DNA of 58,359 bases from the NCBI GenBank assembly GCA_030537465.1, contig JAUNMP010000004.1:1-58359 (forward strand), in the 5' to 3' direction. Below are positions 47,143 through 56,100 of this stretch, piece by piece (positions within the stretch are counted from its first letter, which is position 1; each line of letters opens with the position of its first letter). Source of the DNA: a bacterium (GTDB lineage Bacteria; Verrucomicrobiota; Kiritimatiellia; RFP12; UBA1067). The position numbers and the translations under genes were made by a program. The notes beneath the pieces are model-generated. The model was not told the DNA's origin. It saw only the letters and a program-made list of their open reading frames with translations, and searched no databases.

Positions 47143-50127
47143 TTAAAAAGCGCGAATGCGGTAGAAGGAATTCGACGTTGCCGCCGGCAGGGCGAATGCC
47201 CCCTCCCGCGCCGTGGGCGGCAGGTTCGTGAAAATCCCCGTCCAGGCCGCGCTTGCCCCAATGGATTCCGTCCGCTCGACCACCTGCGTCCGCTCGCAGC
47301 CGCCCCGCCAGACGATGTTCGTGGGACTGACCGACACGATCCGGAACACGGATTCCGGATCGACGGGATCAGTATCCGCCGCAAATTCATCCGCATTGGA
47401 GACACCGTCTCCGTCCGCATCCGCCCCTGCTTTCGCAAATTCCGTCCCCTCCGTCGCCCCCGCCAGGTATCGTCTGTACCACCACTCCGGAAGTCCAGCC
47501 ACGGAATTCGTCTCGAAGACGCCATAATAGCGGAACAAGACGTCCACTGGAGCATCCATTTCCACTTCAAAGGACCTCGGCATCCGTCCCGAGGCATCAA
47601 GCACCAGCTCTCCCTCGGACGCGCCACGTGCCGCACAGACGACCTCCGCCAGTCGCTGTTCGTCCAACAACGTCTTCTGCCCCGTCGACTCGTCCTCCCA
47701 TTCCATACTCTCCAGGTGTTCCGCCCCATCCGGGAGATCTTCGGGGACAGACACCCGAACCACCTGTCCCGAGAGGATCATCGTCGTCTCCGTCGTTCCC
47801 CAGTCCTTCAGGCTCGGGAACCGCGAACGATAGCGCAGGGGAAAGACCTCCGCCTCGGGACCTTCCGCGAAGACCATCTCGGGCATTCCCTCGAAGGCCC
47901 CGCGGACATAAAGGGCGGCCGCACCACCCTCCGTCGAGTCATAGGGAACCGTCACTCCCTTGATCCAGACCGAATAGGTCGCAGGCGCGGCGGCGCCGAT
48001 CCGCACGCCCTCAACCGTGTTCACCCGATCTCCTCCATTCACGCCATTTCCCCACCAGACAGCCCCCGTCGTCTCGTTGGAGACCACAAGGTCCAGATCG
48101 TTGACCAGCGCCTGTCGCGCCAACGGATCCGACGGATAGTCCAGCCAGACCAACTGGACGTCCAGAGGGGCCCCGTTCGTCACCGTCACGCGGAACACGA
48201 CTTCCGATCCCTGACTGAAAGGCACCCGATCAAACAGTCTCACAGTCAGATTCGACGGATATAGCGTCTCTCCAAGGTCGATACGCCCCCACCCCTGACG
48301 ATTGTTCGGAGCCGCACCACCACAATCGGCACCCATATCGGCCGACATGTCATGGGCTCCTCCCATCAGAATCGCCTTCATCAGCGCCGCCGTCGGGAGC
48401 TCGTTCGTGAATCCCCGCCGCTCCACCAGCCACTCCCGCACCAGGGCCGCGGCGCCGGCGACCAATGGCGCGGCCATCGAGGTACCACCGTTGTAGGTAT
48501 AGTTCGTGTTGGCGGCATACGACTCCCAACCAACCGTCAGATTGGATGGGATCTCACGCGTCCGTGTCGAGAGAATCATCGTACCTGGCGCACAGATGTC
48601 GGGCTTGATGCGCCCGTCTCGCATGGGACCACGTGCCGAGAAATCGGCGATCTGCGACACGTTGTCGGCATGGTACCCGTAGGAGGTGCCGGGGCGAAGG
48701 CTCTCCGTCGCCCCCACCGACAGCACGTTCTTGGCCCCAGACGGGTCGCTGATCGTCCCCGCGGCTCCCTTGTTGCCAGCAGAGAACACCACGAGATGTC
48801 CGGGATGCTCCCACAACCACGCATCAACCGACTGACACTGCACTGTGTAGAAGGAACTATCTTCGTAGCCCCAGCTTTCCGAATGGACGAAAGCCGGGCA
48901 GACATTCGTGTCGGGCTGGAACAGCTCCGTCCAATCGGGGAAGATCAAGTCTCTACTCGTCGTGGCACTCCCCCACACCCAGAGACGAGCCCCATGGGCG
49001 ACTCCTCTGATTTCACCGTTGGACCGCTCACCAGTTCCAACCAGGGAGCCTGCGACATGAGTTCCATGTCCGAACACATCTTTCTTCAAGGTGGTCGAAG
49101 ACGTCTGCCGAATCGACACGATCCGTCCCCGGAAATCATCCATCACAGTCATGGGATCGCCTGAATCAAGACCACTGTCCGCGCAGGTGAGAAACTGCCC
49201 TCGTCCCGTCAGACCATGCGTCTTCCAGACGGGCTGGACATTCATCAACCCAGGCTTCACCGCGACGTTGTTCTGCAGCGAGGCCGGTACGTAGTGTTCA
49301 ATCCATCGAACGTCGCCGCGCTTCGCCAGCTCGTCCACGACCGATGCGGAAATCCGAGCCCGCAGGACGCCGCGTCCGCCGCTCTCGGGGATGACCGTTC
49401 CGCCCTTCTCCCCCACAAAATCCTTGAGCGGCCCCACATCCGTCGCCATGAGCGGCAGCACCGTCACATCGACCCTCTCGGGATTCGCCGCGGCGAGATC
49501 GCGCACATGTTCCTGCACCTTGTCCTTCGGATCGAGTTCGTAGGCCGCCGCGAAGAAGGCGTCGTCTTCCAGTCTCTTCAGAGTCTTCGCGCTCGCCTCG
49601 ACGATCAGCGAGTTGACGGGCATGAACCCAAGCACCCGCGCGCCGCAGGCAGAGGCACGATCGCGCACGATCTTGGAAACGGGCAACTCCGAGACGACGA
49701 CGAACGTCACCGTGCCACGGGCGGACGGCATCTGAAGTTCCGCGAATTTCGCCGGGAACTTCCGCCGCCCCTTCTCCAGCGAAATCGTCCGGTTCGCCAA
49801 TCTCACCTGTCGTTCCGCCGGCGTATTCGTGCTCACCGAAGAAACCGTCGTCCGTTTGGGAACGGCGACAACCGGCTTCGGGAGAACCATCCGTGACTGA
49901 ACCCCATCAGGCGCATTCGTGATTCCGGCAACGACCGGGCTTCTGACCTCCGACACCGTATTCGTAGCCACCAGTGCTTCATCTGTTGAGGAAGTCATTT
50001 CCCGCGGGGATGGATCAATGGCGTCATTCCCCGCCCGTCGGGCAACATGCATGACCAACACCCCCAGCAGCACCACGCTGCCGAGAATCCCCAGACCGCA
50101 GACAATTCTGTTTCCCCGTTCCGTCAC
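47143..50127 (-). CDS. S8 subtilase (Kp43-like) with C-terminal extension
   Basis: DSG, HGTHVAG, GTSMAAP catalytic triad; GRIKPD; LVNDLDL; C-terminal DADGDG..E...TDP and FYRI. Confidence 0.92.
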   Translation of the reverse strand: MTERGNRIVCGLGILGSVVLLGVLVMHVARRAGNDAIDPSPREMTSSTDEALVATNTVSEVRSPVVAGITNAPDGVQSRMVLPKPVVAVPKRTTVSSVSTNTPAERQVRLANRTISLEKGRRKFPAKFAELQMPSARGTVTFVVVSELPVSKIVRDRASACGARVLGFMPVNSLIVEASAKTLKRLEDDAFFAAAYELDPKDKVQEHVRDLAAANPERVDVTVLPLMATDVGPLKDFVGEKGGTVIPESGGRGVLRARISASVVDELAKRGDVRWIEHYVPASLQNNVAVKPGLMNVQPVWKTHGLTGRGQFLTCADSGLDSGDPMTVMDDFRGRIVSIRQTSSTTLKKDVFGHGTHVAGSLVGTGERSNGEIRGVAHGARLWVWGSATTSRDLIFPDWTELFQPDTNVCPAFVHSESWGYEDSSFYTVQCQSVDAWLWEHPGHLVVFSAGNKGAAGTISDPSGAKNVLSVGATESLRPGTSYGYHADNVSQIADFSARGPMRDGRIKPDICAPGTMILSTRTREIPSNLTVGWESYAANTNYTYNGGTSMAAPLVAGAAALVREWLVERRGFTNELPTAALMKAILMGGAHDMSADMGADCGGAAPNNRQGWGRIDLGETLYPSNLTVRLFDRVPFSQGSEVVFRVTVTNGAPLDVQLVWLDYPSDPLARQALVNDLDLVVSNETTGAVWWGNGVNGGDRVNTVEGVRIGAAAPATYSVWIKGVTVPYDSTEGGAAALYVRGAFEGMPEMVFAEGPEAEVFPLRYRSRFPSLKDWGTTETTMILSGQVVRVSVPEDLPDGAEHLESMEWEDESTGQKTLLDEQRLAEVVCAARGASEGELVLDASGRMPRSFEVEMDAPVDVLFRYYGVFETNSVAGLPEWWYRRYLAGATEGTEFAKAGADADGDGVSNADEFAADTDPVDPESVFRIVSVSPTNIVWRGGCERTQVVERTESIGASAAWTGIFTNLPPTAREGAFALPAATSNSFYRIRAF

Positions 50128-50169
50128 CCGTCACCCGTCATTCTTCACTCTTCATTCAACATTCTTCAC
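50121..50169. repeat. seven heptamers spanning a gene junction
   Basis: ccgtcac ccgtcac ccgtcat tcttcac tcttcat tcaacat tcttcac. Confidence 0.85.
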
Positions 50170-53165
50170 TTGACCACGACGGGTCCCAGCAATCCCGACA
50201 TCTCCAACGGCGCATCCTTCTTCGGCCCTGCAATGGTCCAGGTCTTCCGCTGGGCCTCGGGAAGCCCGGCATCATACACCAGCCGGTTAAACCAGGTGCT
50301 CGTCACCTCGACTCGGATGTCGTTGGCTCCGTCCTTCAGTTCGATTTCGCACCGATAGGGCGGCGCCCAGAGCGTGCGGACCTTCTTCCCGTTCACAGAC
50401 ACGTCCGCCACCGTTTCGACCTCTCCCAGATCCAACGTCGCGAAACCGGCCTTCCCCTGAATCGTGGTCGTGTATACGGCCGTGCCCGAGAAATGCCGCC
50501 CCTCCTCCCCCAGCGGCAGCTCCGTCCAGCTCTTCAGCTCGGTCAATTCGATTTTCTCCGGCGCGCCCCATCCCTTCGGGAAAGCCAACGTCCACCCCTC
50601 AACCTTCCTATCCTTCTCAACTCTCTCAACCTTCCCACCCTTCTCAACCGCTCCCCCGAACACCACGAAGGCCGACTCGCCACTGGCGAAGTCAAAGGCC
50701 AGCGTGGTTCTGCCACCAGAAGTCTCCACAACCGATGCGGCCTTCACGGACCCCGTCACAGGATCCCACAGCTGGGCGTTCCCCGTCGCGCGGAAGCTCA
50801 CCTCGCCCTTGTAGCCCTCCGGCCCATTCGCGCTCACAAAGTACCAGTCCTTCCCGACCTCCGTCCGATGGATCCATTCAAAGGGCGGCTCAAGCGGCGC
50901 CACTGCGCCCGCACGAGCATTTTCGCCGATGACGACGTCGGGCACCAGTCCCACCACGGCGGCGGACGGCGTGCCCCGTACGACACGCGCCCCCGCCGCG
51001 GCGAGTGCCTGCATTTTCTCCTCGCTCTTCGGCGCCACATACGTCCCCTCCGGCACCCACAGCACGGCATACGAAACGCCATCGGGCAACACAAGACGCC
51101 CATCCTTCACGGAAACGCGGTTCAGCAGCACATCGGGATTGCAGTAGTCGAACTTGAAACCGTCCGGCAATGGGGATATCTCGCTCGGCTTGTGCCCCAC
51201 CTCGTCGCCAAGGAACCAGAGCACGTCGCTGCAGGGGCGCCCCGCCTCAAGCAGCGTCTCGCAGCGCGCGAAGTAGTCCGTGAACTCCTTCATCGCCCCC
51301 CACCATGTCTGGCAACGGATGAACGGCGTACCGATGTGATGTCCGAAACTCGTCCCCGGCGGCAGTCCGTCGATCCGAGGATTGTGCGTGTAGGTGTGGA
51401 AGACGAGATGCGTCACACCGCGCGCAAGCGCGTGGTTTCCGGTGCGCTTGAGGGATTTCGGATCCTCGTTCCACTTGAGGTTCATCGTGGTGAAGGCCTC
51501 AGCCGCGCACCGTCCCTTTCCGTAGACATGCGTCGCGCTCGCACAGGGATAGACGGGCTTGAAGTCGTCCTGTCCCACGAACTCGGAGTCCCGCGGATGC
51601 CAGAACTCGCACATCGGCACGTCGCACCACTTCCAGAAGCTCATCAGATCGCCCGGCAGCACGTCGCCGAACGCGGTCTCGTACTGGGCCGTCATCCCCA
51701 TCGAACGCGCAAGCTCGTTCATCCGCGCGTAGTAGTTCTTCTCGACGAGTTCGCCCAGCGTCCGCCGCCAGTCGAGAAGGAAGCGCTCCGTCGTTGCGGG
51801 ATCGTCGAGCACCCAGCCGAACACGGCAGGGAGCTTCTTCCGGAAATCGTAGCCATTCGCGGCGCGGAAGTCGGCCTCGAGGGTCGCCGTCCAGGTCTGG
51901 CGGCGGCACTCCCAGCTGTCCACCACAAAGCCCTTCAGCCTGCCGCCCGCGCAGGGGCCCTTCGCCAGGCGGCCGATGTACGAGGCGAAATGCAGGTCGA
52001 TTGCCCGACGGTCCATCTTGTTGCACTCCCAACCCGTCGCCTCCTTCGGGGCGGGACCGTTCCGGGCGCCGTTGTTGACATGCCCGATGCGGAGAACCGT
52101 CCAGTCCCCGGCGGGCGCGTTCCAGACGAGCCGACCGTCTCTGAACTTGTCCGTGAGGTCGAGCACCTGGTCCGCCTTCACGTAGGCGGCTGCGTCCTGC
52201 TTCGGCGCGGGACGCTTCACGAGCCCGCGCAGCACCCATCCGGCGAGGCCCTCCCAGTTGTTCAGGCGCGCCCCCGTGCTGAAGCGCACGTCGCGCACGT
52301 TCATCGGATGACGGTGCTCAAGCGTGAACTCCCAGAGGCGGGCCGTCCGCGCGTCGCACGCGAAGGTGATGGGCACCTTGTCCTGCCAGACGCCCTGCGG
52401 AACCTCCTGGTCCAGAACCGTCGTGCGCCCCCCGTCCTCCTCAACCGCGACCAGCTTCACGCGCGCGTCCGGCGTATAGGAGTTCGGATGGTTCATGGCG
52501 CTCGGGCTCGGCAGCTCGATGGTCCGCACGGTCATGGGCCGTTCGAACGAGAACGTCCGCGTCATGACGCCATTCCGATCGCTCTGCGCCACCGGCTTTG
52601 GCGCGACGACGCCGCCATCATCCCCCATCGGCGTCGGGAAGGCCAGGACGAACAGATCATGGTAGTCGAGATCTGCCCTTGCTAGCCGGCTCTCCATCTG
52701 CCAATCCGGTTCCGGCAACGCCGCATCCACAAGGGTCCCGCCTTCGACATCCAGTCGCGAATACGTGAGATTGCGCATCGCCAGGTCGGGCGTGATCCAG
52801 GGGCCGCCGCTCATGGACCATCCCGGACAATTCTGCATCTTGAAGACGAGCCCCCGCTTCTCGCACCCCTTCGCCGCGTACTTGATGAGGTCATCCCAGT
52901 CCGCGCTCAAACAGGGAATCTGCGGCGACACGCCCGGCCAGGGTCCGCCGAACTGTCCGTGGAAAAGCTGGATGCCGCTGATGCCCGCCGCCTTGATGGC
53001 GTCGAGGTCCGCGTCAAGTCCCGCCTTCGCGACGTTGCCGCCAATCAGATGGAACCAGGTCTCCGGATGACGCTCCACCGCGGGATGGGCAAACGACTCC
53101 ACGTCGAAAGCGAGCCCCTGCACAGCCATCAAACCGACGGCACCGAGAAAAAGTTTTTCAAGCAT
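50166..53165 (-). CDS. GH106 alpha-L-rhamnosidase-like glycoside hydrolase
   Basis: PGWSMSGGPW, VDSWE, PMCEFW, AAEAFT and SGLLGPV motifs; signal peptide. Confidence 0.9.
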   Translation of the reverse strand: MLEKLFLGAVGLMAVQGLAFDVESFAHPAVERHPETWFHLIGGNVAKAGLDADLDAIKAAGISGIQLFHGQFGGPWPGVSPQIPCLSADWDDLIKYAAKGCEKRGLVFKMQNCPGWSMSGGPWITPDLAMRNLTYSRLDVEGGTLVDAALPEPDWQMESRLARADLDYHDLFVLAFPTPMGDDGGVVAPKPVAQSDRNGVMTRTFSFERPMTVRTIELPSPSAMNHPNSYTPDARVKLVAVEEDGGRTTVLDQEVPQGVWQDKVPITFACDARTARLWEFTLEHRHPMNVRDVRFSTGARLNNWEGLAGWVLRGLVKRPAPKQDAAAYVKADQVLDLTDKFRDGRLVWNAPAGDWTVLRIGHVNNGARNGPAPKEATGWECNKMDRRAIDLHFASYIGRLAKGPCAGGRLKGFVVDSWECRRQTWTATLEADFRAANGYDFRKKLPAVFGWVLDDPATTERFLLDWRRTLGELVEKNYYARMNELARSMGMTAQYETAFGDVLPGDLMSFWKWCDVPMCEFWHPRDSEFVGQDDFKPVYPCASATHVYGKGRCAAEAFTTMNLKWNEDPKSLKRTGNHALARGVTHLVFHTYTHNPRIDGLPPGTSFGHHIGTPFIRCQTWWGAMKEFTDYFARCETLLEAGRPCSDVLWFLGDEVGHKPSEISPLPDGFKFDYCNPDVLLNRVSVKDGRLVLPDGVSYAVLWVPEGTYVAPKSEEKMQALAAAGARVVRGTPSAAVVGLVPDVVIGENARAGAVAPLEPPFEWIHRTEVGKDWYFVSANGPEGYKGEVSFRATGNAQLWDPVTGSVKAASVVETSGGRTTLAFDFASGESAFVVFGGAVEKGGKVERVEKDRKVEGWTLAFPKGWGAPEKIELTELKSWTELPLGEEGRHFSGTAVYTTTIQGKAGFATLDLGEVETVADVSVNGKKVRTLWAPPYRCEIELKDGANDIRVEVTSTWFNRLVYDAGLPEAQRKTWTIAGPKKDAPLEMSGLLGPVVVK
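50598..50651. repeat. degenerate 9-mer repeat (CTCAACCTT-like x6) inside CDS
   Basis: encodes AVEKGGKVERVEKDRKVE. Confidence 0.85.
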
Positions 53166-53180
53166 GCCGTCAGTATATCA
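53166..53180 (-). promoter_or_regulatory. putative extended -10 (TGaTATACT), 6 nt before ATG, leaderless-type
   Basis: minus strand tgatatact gacggc atg. Confidence 0.55.
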
Positions 53181-53193
53181 AAAGTGACGACGT

Positions 53194-56100
53194 CTAGCGA
53201 ATGACCAGAAGCGTGCTGCCGGACATCGGCGTGGCGAGGAGCATTCCCGACTGCATCTTCAATGCGAAGCGCTTGACCTTGCCCGCGCGGACGGCCTTGA
53301 TCGTATTCGGAACCGTCGCCGTGCCCGCCACGCAGGCCAGCGGGAGAACGGTTGCGGACGAGGGTCCCTCCGCCGTCTCGGCGAGACACAGGTCGATCAT
53401 CGCCGTGCTCGCCACCGTCAGATTACCGTCGATGAACGGACAGAGCGCTTCGTCCTCCCAGTCGCCCGCGACTTCAAAGCCGCGTGCCAGCGCCAGCGTG
53501 CCGTTGCAGACGACACCCGGCGCACGCACGAGCACGGGAACGGCGCGTTCCGCCCCGCCCAGATCGAGCATGCCATCATACGCCACCGACACCGCCGCGG
53601 GGATGGCGCCGTCTGCCGCCAGCTTCAACACGCCGTCCTCGACATGCGTCGGCCCCGTGAACGTGTTCGGCGCGGCCAGCACGAGCGTCCCTGCACCAGC
53701 CTTGACGAGACCGCCGTCCAGTTCGTCCCCGAGACGTGCATCGTGATTCAGCGTCTGGGCGATCGTGAAGATTCCGCCCGCCACCTTCGACGTGTCGATT
53801 ACGGCACCATTCGTCGACACATTGACGGCCGTCAAATCCTTCAGTTCGGTGCCGTCTGCCGCCCCGAGCGGAACGAACATGCCGCCATTGAAGTTGAAGG
53901 TCCCGCCCGCCTTTGTCTGCATGACGCGTCCCGCCTCGAACACGGCGCCCGCGTTCAGATCCAGCACTGTTGGAGACGCCGCATTCTTCGTGAAGTCAAA
54001 CCTGTTGGCTACGGTCAAGCGACCGCCATTGAGCGTCACGAAAGTCGGCGCAGCCTTCGTCGCCGCCGTATTGCCCTCGAAATACGTCCCCACGTTCACC
54101 ACGCCGCCATTCACCGTAAAGACATTGGTGACCACGTTGGCCGCCGAGGGGTCGGAATAGTTCAACGACACGTAGGCCCCCAGATCGAGTACGCCCCCAT
54201 TCACCTCGATTTCATAGCGCGCCTTCTTCTTCCCCTGGTTGTAGCCGGTTCGAAGGTAATTCCAGATCGTGGCCTCACCGCCATTCTGCTCGTAGCGAAG
54301 CGTAATCGGGCCGCTGACAGGCGACACGTTGAGATAGAAGCTCATCGTGATGTTGTCGCCCGACAGCGCACCGTTGTTCAGCTGCAAGCAGGCTCGACCG
54401 GCTTTGGCCGGCATCTGCGGCGTACCGAGCGCGATGGCGCGGGAACTCGTAGGGGCCACCGTCGGCGCCTGCGACGGATCACCCGCCACGCCAATCGCGA
54501 GCGTTCCCTCGTTGACGGTGATTCCGTAGTAGTTTCCGGCCGGCGTGTCGCCATTCGCATGCATCTGCCGATCGTTGTCGTTGTTGCCGGAACCTGCCGT
54601 CGGCGCAAACGAACCCGTACCGCCCAGCGTCAGCGTGCCGGTACCGACCTTGATCAATGCGCTCCTGGTCGCAACCGGCGCCCGCGCCAGCAGATTCGCA
54701 TCCGTCTCGAAATAGGTTGCGCGCCCGCCGTTCAGCTGGAATCCACCGAACTCCGTATCGGCGCCCGTGTAGCGGAAGGTCGACGCCCCGGTCTTCAGGC
54801 GATCCGCCGACGTGGCGAAGGAGAGATCGTTCACTTCCGTGCTGCCGCTCCCGGTCGTCAGCGTGCCCGTGAATCCGGTCGTATTCAGCTTGACCGCGCC
54901 GGCCCCCAGCGAGACAGACGTATTTGCAGACACGTCGCCCGCGCCCGTCAAAGACGCCACGTCGACCGACGAGACTGAGGTGTCCGTGTTCTCTGCCGTC
55001 CGAATCTCAAGCTTGTCGGCGACCTGGAGCACGGCCACGCGATGTACGCCGGACGTCGCCGTCAGCACGGGCGTCGCCGTCCGATAGGTCGCGAGAGCCA
55101 GTGACCCGCCCGTCAGCGCGTATCCCGTCCCGGCCGCGCCATCCAGCGTCAGCGCCCGCAGCGTGACGCCATCCGTCGGAATCGTCACGGAGACGTCGGC
55201 CGCCGTAGCCGGATTGAAGACGGCCCGCGCGGACTCCGCATTAGGCGGCAGATCCGTCCCCGTCCAGTTCGGCAGCGAATTCCAGTCGCCGCCACCCGTT
55301 GTAGCCGTCCAGGTTGGATCGGGTGTCGCCTTCCGCGCACAAGTCATCACGAGCGCCGTGTCGCACGCGGGCTGGTCGGGGTCGTCATAGTCTTCAAGCG
55401 TGAAGGTTGCCGTGTACTCGGGATGGTCGGCGGGGTTGATCGCGAAGCGCGCGGGATCGACCGTGCTGTTCGCAGAAGAGAAGACCAGCACCGTGCACGA
55501 TTCGGACGGATTCGTCCGTGTGAGGGCCGGGAAGTCGTACTTTCGAACGGACACATGGATCGGAGACAGGACCTGAAGCGCATTCGTCACCGCGAAGCTG
55601 GGCCCCGTCGAATCAGTGTGCACGACCAGATAGGTCGGCGAAGACGCCCCAGACGCGCCGAGCGTCAGATCGGAAGTCCGCACAACATAACCGTTGTAGT
55701 TCTCGAACGCGGCCCCGGGAGCGACCTCGACGCGGCAATTGGAGGCGACGCAAGTCCCCTCTCCGTCACGTACGGCCGTGAGGCGTCCGCCGTCCGCCAC
55801 GCGGACCGGTCCCGTGAACGCGCAGACGAAGTCGCCGCCCAGCATGACGGGGCCATGCGTCGCCAGCAAGCCGCCGTCAGGCCGTTCGCCCAAATCCGGA
55901 TCGTGGCGGAAGACGCCCTTCAGGTTCAGATAGAGCGTCGCATTCGCCGGATCGTCGCAACTGGCCGAAAGGTCGAACACGGCGCCGCCCGCGCCCACGA
56001 TCCACTCGGAGACAGAGCGCAGATAGCTGTTCTCACCCGCAAACACGGGCTGGAACGCGCCGCCGTCGAAGAAGACGCGGACCGACGCATCGTTGACTTT

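Noticed and set aside
20461-50651. Repeat tracts as CRISPR arrays
   Set aside because: Units are 7-9 bp and contiguous with no spacers; no cas genes
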